A stretch of DNA of 64,000 bases from Phoronis australis (lineage: Eukaryota; Animalia; Phoronida): NCBI GenBank assembly GCA_002633005.1, contig NMRA01000166.1:62001-126000 (forward strand), in the 5' to 3' direction. Of this stretch, positions 42,401 to 54,400 are shown piece by piece. The first letter of the stretch is position 1, and each line of letters starts with the position of its first letter. The notes under the pieces are model-generated. The model saw only the letters and a program-made list of their open reading frames with translations. It was not told the origin of the DNA and did not search any database. The position numbers and the translations under genes are program-made.

Positions 42401-45400
42401 GCACATCATGTAATGCTATTCCCTGACACATTCCAGTACTTAATGGGCTCACATGGTGCACATCATGTAATGCTATTCCCTGACACATTCCAGTACTTAA
42501 TGGGCTCACATGGCGCACATCATGTAATGCTATTCCCTGACACATTCCAGTACTTAATGGGCTCACATGGTGCACATCATGTAATGCTATTCCCTGACAC
42601 ATTCCAGTACTTAATGGGCTCACGTGGTGTACATCATGTAATGCTATTCCCTGACACATTCCAGTACTTAATGGGCTCACGTGGTGCACATCATGTAATG
42701 CTATTCCCTGACACATTCCAGTACTTAATGGGCTCACGTGGTGTACATCATGTAATGCTATTCCCTGACACATTCCAGGTTTGATGATTTGCAGCAGTTC
42801 GTTTTTGCTACAAAGCTCATTCTTAAAATAATTTTGCAACTTTCAAGACACTTCATATTCATTTCGTCGCTATGTGTTGTTTTTCTTACTTCTTTTGCCA
42901 AGTGATGTGGTTTAACTCGAAGATGCACTCGCAGTTCGACAATTGTTGACCATTGCCCACGGTGCGGACATCTGTCATGTCAGTCCCGAGTTGATTCTCC
43001 GATGTGAGAACTAACATGCGTACGTTTGATGTGGGCATTACACAGGTTTTCCTTTACTTGGCAGAACCCTCCTGTATAGGGGCGTAGTTCCTGTGCAACG
43101 TGTCCATGCTCCTTGCTCGAGAATTCCTAAAGACTCGTTCGAGGTGTTGAATCTCTACCACTTTTATTGTATAGCCAGGACCACGATTTTACTATGTGGT
43201 TAACTGTAATTCTGAGTCACAGCAATGATTAGTACGCTGTTGCTGTCCTTTGGGATTCTCTTATTGAAATTTTGAAAGTCCGTTTGGGACAAAAGCAAGG
43301 TGTACAAATTTAATTCTGGTCAAGAGGTGTACGAATTATTTTTCTGACCTTTATCAGATCTTGATTTTTTTCCCGTGGGTACTCCTGTATAAACTATAAT
43401 ATCTATGCCATTTTAACGCCATGCAAGAAGTATTAATATGTATGAAACAATTAACTTAAGTTGGTGTAACTGTCAGTCTCCCCCTTCTTGTCTTCGCATT
43501 ACTTAATTTAAAAAACACAACGATTGGGGCTTGTAGTTATCCTCTTTTAAGAGGATTCCTCTTTGTTGGTTTCGATTTCTTCTTTATTGATTTCAAAGTT
43601 TCTCTTTTTACGTCTTTTTTTTTCCATTATTTTGACTTTTCTTATGCAAAAGTATGCTTTTTGTAGATAAATTTTACAATTAAACAAAAATTATTTCTTT
43701 CACATAAGTCTGTTTATTTAAAATTAAAAAGGGATTTTTGATCTGATTATAAATTTCAGTTTACTCCCCTAGTTCAATTTTGCTTTAATTTGTTATCAGG
43801 GGAGCCCTGAACAGTCATTTGAGATAACTGCATCTCCGTCCTGGAACCTACTGCCAGAGGTCTCGGAGACTCTTAAGCAAGATCGTCGGTCCAGTGTGAG
43901 TTATGAGTCAAGCTACTGCGATGAAATTCAAGCAATGAGCCTGCCTTCCTTTCTGCCAGTCTACCTGTTCTTAGTCCGTATTCCTCTCGACATTATTCAT
44001 GAGTGTCTGAGGCTGAGGCTGGAACAGCGCCCCATTGATAGCGAGCCATCTATCCTCAGTATTAGACAGGTAGGAGAATTTTTGCTGAAGAATTCATCGT
44101 CTGATCAGTCTTTTTTGTTGAGTTTGATTTGTCAAAGAACTGTCCATGTTTACCGTTGGCAAAAACTGCGTTTACAATTAAAATAGTCATCAAAAATCTA
44201 ACTGTGTTGCTGATTACTGGTTTGCAATGGTTTGGACCAGATCTGTTTTGATGAGTAGACTTTGTTCCCATGTATCACTGAAGCACTCGTGCTTAATGGT
44301 TTGCTCTGCCTGATTTTGATCATTATTTCCATTAAATGTTCTTTGAACGTCTGATGTCGCCATTTTTTCTGAGGGTACCATCAAAGACAAATTATCTGTG
44401 GCTACAATTCACATTTTCTACTTCATCTGGCTTGTCACAACACATTCTATCAAAGCCCATAAAATTTTGTTGATTAGTCAATATGAAACATTGTCTATAG
44501 AAATGACCTTGCAAATGTCATGTGACCAAATGTTACCCACCCCATGATGAGGTAGGAGTTTTGGTCAAAGGTCAGACTATGCATCACATGCTTTAGAATC
44601 AAATCTGGGTAAGAATCAACGGACATTTTGTGTTCTCTGGTATAATCAAACATAAAAACAAAATTTTCCTTGTTGTTAGTGGGGTACTTCGTGCCAGGTT
44701 TGCAGATTTTTGTTCAGGGATGTTAAAATTGGACCTTTCTTAGGGCTCTGAGCTTGTGAAGGAATGTGGGGAAATTAGCTTCATTGTCATTAATTTCTTT
44801 CGTGTTACAGGAGAATACTTTGTAGGGCTTACTTTTAAAGTAATTTCACTGCATGACTCTGTTCCTTGATCTGCTAGAGGTCACTACCAGCCACCTGTCC
44901 CATATGATCCAGCGTGATTGCATTCATGGACTGATTATTGCTAGGCAGCTGCTGTCAGATGCTGATCGATTCAGTATGTATAGACCACCAAATATTCTCA
45001 TGGATTGTGATTTGTGAATCATCTTTCCATTGCAGCTCATTCATGAGTGCAAGGAGGTCCTGAAGGGGGCAGTGATGTGCAAGCAGTACTACCAACAGAT
45101 GGTGTCTGCAGTCAGTGATGACTACAGCAACGAGACCTTGGAGACAGACATGGAACAGTTCAGCACTGATATCAAGGACATGCTGGAGGTAGTGATGATA
45201 ATAATAGTTTTGGATGTAGAATCCCCAGTACAATTGTTGTTAACATTCTGTGTATAGAACAACTTTGATAAAAAGTGAGACTTAGTTAAGTCTGTGACTG
45301 AACACACAAAATTTACGCTCTCTTTTCTGCTTAAGTCCTTTTGTTACTAGTGCTATGATTGATATGTGAATTTGAATTAAAAACCTTTGAAGTCTAAAGT

Positions 45401-48400
45401 TGGTCTCAAATTGTTCCATGCCTGGGTTAGAAAGGATTTCTGGTCTTCAGAAGAGGTGACAGTAATTTATTACTTAGGTCTGAACTCAATAACTTCACCA
45501 GGCTCGGTTAAGCTTTTCATAAGCCTAGTTCTCTGCCTGTACACCGGGTAAATTTATGGCTACACTGCACAGGATCCCAGTGCCCAGTTTCATGAGACAG
45601 TCCCAAGTAGGGATTCGACTAACTTAAGTTCCCTGTTTGGGACTGTTTTATACAATCACCCACCATTGTCTTGTGGATTGAAACAGCAGCTATCTTTTCA
45701 GGAATTATTGTGTAGTGTATATCATGTTTTATTGTCAAGTGTCTGTTGCTTTCAGGTTTATTTTTCTTATGTACAAAACTGGATGAGCAGCCTGCAGAAC
45801 CAACCGGCAGCCTCGCTGGGCTTGAGGAATGTTCTAGAAGAAGAGTGGACATTCACTAAAGAGATCTGTCCCTACATCCTGGGGGGAGAAGCAGAGGCTG
45901 GCAAGAGATTCTGGTATGGTTTTGGTTATCATGCTGACATTGCACAGGAATTTGTCATTGTGTTATTAATCAATGTACCGCATCTTTAACGATTATCTTA
46001 ACGCTGACACTTTTTCGTCATGACAGAGCTCAATAATGCGAATGAACTACGATTACTGCTACACTCCCAGCACAAGTGCACCCCTTGGATGTAAAAATTA
46101 TTGAAACGCCCTCTAACTCTCACCAGAAAGACACATTTTTCTCTGTAGTCAATGTATTTGGATAGGGAAAGTTATCATTAGTAGGTCTACCAGGGGAACA
46201 TCATCAGAGCCAATTGTCCTCTTCTTACGAATGAGCACCCACGACAGATTATAGTAGTGACGTTGAAAAGGAAAGATTAGAGGACTTTAGATTCTAAGCT
46301 TGTCAAATCTAAGCATATATACTTGACTAGTCTATAGTCTGGTCAGGCTTCAATGTAAATGTGCTGGACTTTTCTTTACTTCTTAGATGAGTAGTTGTAG
46401 AGATTTGACTTTGTTTTTGTAAAGTAGGCTTCAATAAATTGAATTGTGAACTGAGTTGCTCATATTTTGTTGTTGTTCAGTGTTATTTGTTGATGTAGGT
46501 TCTCTCGATAACTTGAAAGTTGCACGTTTTCAGTCCTGTGAGAACGGTAGACATTTGATTTTCTCAACAAAATTTATTGAACTTTGCAGTAATCATTATC
46601 TAAAACTAAGTCTTTTTCATCATATTTTTTGTTTTCAGCATTTCTAAATTTAACTTGTGTGTATATGATTTATGAAATCAATGTACGCCAGATATGTAGC
46701 TTTGAATCAGTGTTTACTGGCTGCACCCTGTATCCGTGCACCGACAAGTACTTGATAGTTTCTCCGATTAATCAGTCAATATTTGAATGCTTGAATGTTA
46801 TGATGGGCGAAGTTCAAGTGGGTTCCCAGGGAAGAACTGAACAAATAAGTCACGGGTCTGCACCAAAATTTCAAAGTACAATGGCAATTGTACGCCACGA
46901 ACCAATTATTTCTGATGACATCGGCACGTGGCAGGGTTTGGTATTTTTTAATCATTGAGGATTTTTCAGTGTGACATCATTAAACCTGATCTTTGCTTTA
47001 ATTATGAGTAAACACTTGTAACTGCTGTATTGTTTTAGCCCTGTAAACAACCTGATTTTTGCCATGCACTCCATGGGAACTCAACAAAAAACACAGATTC
47101 GTCTTAGATTACGGAGTAAATGGTGAGAGCAACACTTTGTCAGTAGTTTCTGCCACCTGTGCTTGAGTATTGCTGATTTTTTTTGACACGAAATCTTTCA
47201 GTTTGCGTTTAAGTGATATGGCCCCCACAGCAACCTTCAAGTTTACTACCACATTAATGCTAGTATATCTATCATTCTAATTTGTCTTTCCTTCCAGTGT
47301 TATGGCCAGTAGTCTGTTGAGCTCAATCGCGGATTTCTTGGAGAATGAAATCGACGAGTCGATCTATGACTATGACTCCAGTTTGGCTGACCACGACCTG
47401 TCGCTAGAGTCAGTGGAGGAGAGCGGTCACTGTAAAATACCCGAGCTCAGGTAACACTGGGTTAAAATTGGTTGTTCCCAACAAGTGTGAAAGAAAAACA
47501 AGGCAGTATGAGGAACAGAGTTATTTCAACACATTTTTATTGAATCATATGAACTTTACAAATGATGTCATTGGCACACAAAGTCCTTATTCTGTGTTGA
47601 TGTTGGTGCTGTCAGTGACCATACAATGTGTGCTGTCTTCAAAAGGGTACCCCTAAGTTTCAAAGTATGTGCTGTGTTGGCAACGTAATCGTTTAGAGGC
47701 CCCTGTTTCAGAATATAAGGCTGGGCTTATATCTGGGATACTACAAGGTAAATTATTTTCTGAATGCAGGCCTGGTACTCTACCTCATCCAAGTTTTAAT
47801 GTTTTGTTTAATTTTGCCCATGTATGGACATTAAAAATTAAATTTGATAAATTAGAGAAGATCACTGACGTCCAAATTTCTGTTGTCTTTTTGTCTTTGT
47901 ATGTTTTGCTGGGGGGTGACTGCTTGACTAAGGAACTGTTGCGAAGTGGTAAAACTTGAATTTTGTATCATTTACCCTGTCTTGGCACTGTACCATGTGT
48001 TGGCTTTGCAGATGTTTATAACATGCTTAATGAAAAAAATGTTTAATATCAGAATAAACATCCAAGTGTTATAACACTTTATTCCGAAGACCTTTGTAAC
48101 TCTCCAATTAAGCGCTACGACTGTGATTGTGAAAATCACCTTGTTTGAAGCGCCTTTGTGTTCGTTTTGCAAATATTATATAACACTTCCTATTCATAGA
48201 ACATTTAGCAGATGATGCAAAAACGTTAAGAACAAAGTTGTCTGCTTTCCAGCACCTTTTTCTGAGTCGTTACGTTCTGCGGAGTTAGCTAGTTTTCCAA
48301 TAATTTGCTACTTGCAACTCAATAAAAACAGCTCTGCACTCTTATTTATTTTGTCACAGAAAACAACGTTGCATTGTAAATTTACGACAGCTGCATTTTT

Positions 48401-51400
48401 GCCACTTCGAAAATAAAGTTCTGTTGTATTCTGATACCTTTGTTAGCCATGTTAGAATAAAGCTCTTTGTCATAGCGAATAGCTCCCTTAACATAGAATA
48501 GCAGTACTTAGTACAGAAGTGCAATTGAGCACTTTGCCTAATATGTAACTCTGGCCTGTTTCATACTTCTTATTGGGATTTTAAGCAGCTGCAATTTGCT
48601 CTGTTTAGCTGGCTAAAAACAAAGATCGAATTGAACCTTTTACTCCTATGAAATCAATCTAAAAGTTTTCTTTGCTGTGGCCAACCCTGAAATTCAGAAA
48701 TGGTGCAAAGGCAATTCCATTCAAAAGGAGATTTGTCAAATGACGCAACTACATGTATGACTGTTTCACCTCAATGAGTGCATCGCAGTTCAGTTGTGGG
48801 TTTTGGCTCTTTAGGAAAAACGTGGAATATGTTTAAAGTGACTGCTAAACAGGGAAAATGCAGCTTGAAATGATTAAACTAAAACAGGGATTCACCTCTT
48901 ACTGGTGCTGGAGACCATAGTCAGGATTGAAGAATTTTGTTACTTCTCTGCAGGCAAACTATGATGAAGATTTGTCGTGACTTGAAGAACAAGTTCCACG
49001 AGGCACGTGAACGAGCAGTTAAGGCATTAGCATTCACAAAAATGTTACGCAAAGACCTAGAGATAGCTGCTGACTTCAATGTCATGGTTGAAACGAAGGT
49101 TCTGCTGGAGAAATTGAAGGAAACCAGTCATATTAAGGTAAATTGAACAGATCTAGTTTACAAGTCTGGTTGGGGTTTGTTAGATAGGGATGAAATGGCA
49201 TTTCTCATACTATTAGCCACTCGCAAAAGGCTTTGTTTTCCAACAGTGCCTTCATACAAAAACAGTATCAAGTCCAACTTTTTCTTGTCAAACTCGTGAA
49301 CCTGTGATAAGAGGTCCAAGCAGGTACGTGCCTTTACCAAGTAGATCAAAAGGCCAGTGACAGAACATTCGGTTTTGATGTGTATTGTCTATTTTATTTT
49401 CTTGAAGTTCAACCTTGTGGTCACGTGTCTGCCATGTTCATACCACTTGTTATTGCAGATGAACACACCTCACGTGTCTCTGTACGCCATGTTCATACCA
49501 CATGTTATTGCAGGTGAACACGCCTCATGTGTCTGGTTATACCATGTTCGTACCAAATGTTGTAGGTGTACACACCTCATGTGTCTGGCTATGCTATGTT
49601 CACAGCACATGTTATTGCAGGTGAACACACCTCACGTTCTGGCTATACAATGCACATACCACATGTTATTGCAGGTGAACACACCTCATGTATCTGGCTA
49701 TGCCATGTTCGTCCCAGAGTGTATCATCAAGGACAACAACCAGATACTGATTTTGCTTAATGTGACATGTGGCCGCGAAGACATCACACACGCTGACTGT
49801 ATAGGAGATCAGCAGGGATACCTTCTGCTGGTCAAATGCTCTCAAGAAGTTTGCCAGACATGGGACGGACAGGTGGTGCGTGTGGACCCCACTGCTGAGA
49901 CAACCATCGCCCTATCACACATTGATGTACGAGACTTTAAGCACATCTGTCTTTACCTCAAATGTTCCGATTTTATTTCATACATCTCATCTTTTTCAAA
50001 TGTTTGTGTTTTTTTGTAGACGTGTACTCGCCCCNNCCCCCCCCCCCCCCCTTCAGCCTGTCCCTATGGATTTGCACTTGTCTTTCATCTGCCACTTTGC
50101 GATTCAACTCAAACAGATCAACTCGTTATCAAAAATGATGTTTTTTTCAATGAAATATTTATTCTAATTGATAAAGTTTATAGAAATTGACCATGTGATT
50201 TCCATAAATATTCAGCCATGAACTACGATTCTTGGAAATTTGACTTGTAATTGCAACAATTAGCAATCTTTCCTATTTGCCACCATGTTTTTATTTGAAA
50301 TTAACCTAGGCTGGTTTTTGTGGGGGAACCCTTGCACAATTTCTTTTAGTTTTGGTTTAAACAATCTTCCACCAGACCCAATTCCTGTTGCCAAATGCCC
50401 GTAAATTGATGCTTAGAATTGTTCACTTCAAATTTGGAACCCACCTGTTTAAACGTGTACTAGTTTAGTCACAGGCTCTCCTTTTTTTTCTCTTTGCTGA
50501 CCAGTCCCTTGTAATGGTGCGCCTTAAATTTTGTGTTTTGACGCTGCAGGTAATTATGAACATGTCGTGCATCGGGACTCAACAAATCTGAAAAGAACTC
50601 CGAATTTTTAACTTTACTCAGTCTCTGGGACTCATTGTTGAGTGAGTCTAGAGCCAACTATGATGAGTAATTATCATCACAGAGAAAGTGTAAGATGGCA
50701 ATCCTGTCCACTCTGATGATATCATACGCTGATGGGGTTTTGCCCCTTTGTGTACTCTCTGACTCATAACTATAGATTAACTATTTAATCTTTGCCTTCA
50801 GGGTCATTCTGTCCTGTAAATTTAAGGTCTCGTTTCCATTGTTTGTCAGGTGGAAGGACTGCTCCTCGTTGTGATGCACTCGTCACAACTCGGTACACAG
50901 CGCAAAGAGTTTGAGGGAATAGTTGGCAAGGTTGTGGCACTTGTCAATGAGCAAACCTCCTGTCACCAAGCCATTGCTGAGTCTTTAGATGAGTTAAAGG
51001 TTTGCAGTTTCCCTTATCTCGACTTGGGAAGTATATCTGGTCTACTTTGAAATTCTGTCAGTTGGGGTCTATCTGAAAGTTCATTTTCTATCGTTTTATG
51101 GCACTTTTTATTTACATGTGCTATAGGAAAACTTTTAGTTGTAATTATCCTAACAAATCTCCATTAATTTTACAGTTAGCATTTCTCTATGGCTTCCGTC
51201 TGCATGATTTGCTTAATTCACTATTTTTCTGACAGTCTGTATAAACCTGCCTTCCATCACAAAAAACACCTTTGAATTACACCATTTACTGTTTTGAAAT
51301 TGGTCTCAAATTGGTCCTTACTAAGATAAATTGGTCTCAAATTGGTCCTTAGTTAAACTGGTCTCGAATTGGTCCTTAGTTGAATTGGTCTCAAATTGGT

Positions 51401-54400
51401 CCTTAGTTAAATTGGATTTAATGTCAGGACTTCAGAACTGACAGATGCTTATTGCTTGAGATACATTTCTATACGTTGGCTTGTCACTGCATGTCATTTA
51501 AATTATACATTGAGCATTGTCCCAAGGAATTGGAGATTTTTCAATTCTGTGCAAACCAGAAATCACTTCGTGAGTAAGGAACAAGTTGAGACCAATCTTA
51601 TAGCAGTAAATGGTCTAAATCTAAAATTTATTTCTAAGATGAAATGTGAGATTATAGCCACTTTAGCGCTGCTATGTGGAATTTAATTTGTAGTGTTTTA
51701 AGACACCAAGTGAATGCACCAGACTTTCTGTTGAGAGCTGTTTTGTCAAAAACTTCTTTGTGATGTTACTTGACCAATTTTAAGTGATTACAGCGTCATT
51801 ACAAACTTAACTTCCCAGCTGCCATAAAATTTAGCTAACTCTGGGCAGTGCTGTGCTCCAGTGTTGCTGGCAGAGAAAACAAATAAGAAAAAGTGTGTGT
51901 ACATCCTCAGAGTACAGCCCTTGAACTGCGAGGGAAGATCTCTAGTGCCATAGAGAAAGTGGATGAGAAGTTGAACACGGAAGATTTGGCCAAACTGGAA
52001 GAGGGTGAGAAAGTGAACCTGGAGACACTGTACAGGGAGACGATGCACCAGTGCTTCAGTTTTGGCTTCGAAGTAAGTTAAGTGCTTACACGGGTTTTGT
52101 TTTAGTGCAAGTGAAGCAAGTATGTTCACAGGTTTTTGTTGTGTTCACAAAACTTTTGATGTGTAGTGTAAGTGAAGTAAGTGTATTGCTTTTGACATGT
52201 TGCTTCGGCTTGTAAATGAAGAAGTTAATGTTCACAGGCTGGTCTTGTGATGTGTCATATCCCAGTTTATGTGAAGTAAGGATATTGTTCACAACTTGAA
52301 AGCTTTTTACATGTCGCATCAGAGAGTAAGTGAAATAGTTTATGTTCACAGGGACTTTGAAAGGTCATATCTGAATGTTAGTAAAGTAAGAAAAATAAAA
52401 TTGAAATTAAATCATCTTGAATCACTAAAGGAGCATGCCACCCAAAAAACAACCTAATTTGTATCAATTTAGATCGAGTAGTTCTACTCCATAACGACAC
52501 GCACGGTTGCATTACCTGACACCTGACGGCAGACGGAGGTGTTGAAATTATCCAATGACGTAATTGGTTTCACATGCAGTCTGTTCAGCAGTTCACAACA
52601 CTGGTTACTGGTGCCAGCTTATCGCTTGAAGTCATGGTTTAACACCAATAAATCATCAAACTTTGATGTAAAACCCTTAAAAATACACCAAGTTCTTATA
52701 AAAACGTGTTGTTTTATTTCGCTGTTATGGATTTATTGGTATTTGGACACACCGTAGCCTACGAAGTTTGGCAGGCCAATAAGGTCCGTAGCAGGAGTTT
52801 GGCGTCTGTTTGGAGATAAATTTGAAGTATTTTCCGTGAGATACAGATGGGAGAACCTAGATGTGTGTTGTTTAGACTTGTGATTTTTTTAGTTCTAAAC
52901 ACAAAACGCTAAGCCTTGTTATCCTGGCTAGTGGCTCTGAGCCCGATCAGGCTCGTTGCGGCCGGCCGGACTGACTCGTTATCCCGGCCGGACTGACTCG
53001 TTATCCCGGCCAGTGGCTTTTTAAACTGATCAGATTTCACGAACATAAACCAGCCAAAGTTCAGTGGGAACTAAAGTTCCAGTCAAGAAAATACCATACT
53101 AGTGAGCCAAAGTAATGTGCATGTGATTATGGTCGCCACGAAACTGCAAATCTACTTACTCGTCGGGAGCCGCGAATTCAGGTTCCACTTTGGTCACAGC
53201 ACCATCAGGGCAGAAGTTGTACATTGACAATCATTATTTGAATAACATAAATGTAAATAAAGATTCCCCTAACACCTGGCCGTAGCATTGAAATTGAGTT
53301 GTTTCACAACAGTTTCTGCCAGCAAACACTAAATTTGCATGAGCTCACACAGCCTCGGTGTCCCATTGCTCCTTAAGCCGGTAACGCAGTGATTTATTCA
53401 TTGCTGGCTTCGGAAATCATTTGCACTCACGAACACTCCAAAGGCATTACACAAATTGCATCTAATGAGACAGACTTTGTTTCAGTTTTATATAAGTATT
53501 GGTTAGGGTGAGAATAAATCATTTTGAAACAGAACGCTCAGTAATAAATGTCAACATGGCAACTCGCAATCCCGACAGCTTAGAGCTCATCAGTCCCGAC
53601 TTCGCAGGTGGATCGTTAAGTTTCACAGGCTATCAATTCGAACAGGAATACAGTGATGAAGAAATACTAGAGAGGCGCTGTGAGCAAGCTCAGACAACGG
53701 AATGTATGGATAGTTATATGGTAAGCCGGCATTCGTCAGGCACTATCAACGTCTGCAGGCCACAGACACGGAGATGTTTCACAGCCTCATACTTGCTATT
53801 AACAGCGTACATTTCATTTTTCACTACCATGAGCTACATCCTAAGCATTTCGGACTCTCGAGAAAGTCGAAAAAACGATATACCCGCTTTCCTCACAGCT
53901 GATTAGTTCGGATAAGCGGGAACGATGCACTGCAACATAGCGGCACTCACTCTGCATATGAACCACTGACGTTACTAGCGTCGTTTCTCACCTTCCTCAC
54001 AGGTTAACGCAACACCTCTTGGCAAGGTAAGGTCTACCGTATGCGAGGCGATGTGGATATAGACCGATTAAGATGGCAAAAAAGACTAATTAAATTGGGT
54101 GGCATTTTCCTTTAATTTCCGAAAACAAGGAAGAGGCTTCATTTTACACCCCATTACTTTTTACAGTTCATCAATTTCCTACAGTTGACCATATTTCCAG
54201 CTGTTTTTTTATTTATGGTGTTGTTGCAGTATCACAAAGAAGTGACACGGCTAGTGAGCGGAGACACTCGGCAGAAACTAGGTCAGGGTTTGTTGTCGTT
54301 TGCCAGGCAATGGATGCAGTTTGTCACCAAGAAGTGTGAACGAGGGCGAGGGCTGAGACCAAGGTGAGAAATTAGATCACTATTCTTGAAATAAGATCTT

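Noticed and set aside
41183-42778. CRISPR-like array
   Set aside because: Units are contiguous and near identical with no unique spacers, there are no cas genes, and the context is a eukaryotic intron.
41187-42839. 550-aa minus-strand ORF as a separate gene
   Set aside because: It is a by-product of a 57-bp (3n) repeat with no stop in that frame; no ATG context, splice support or domain.
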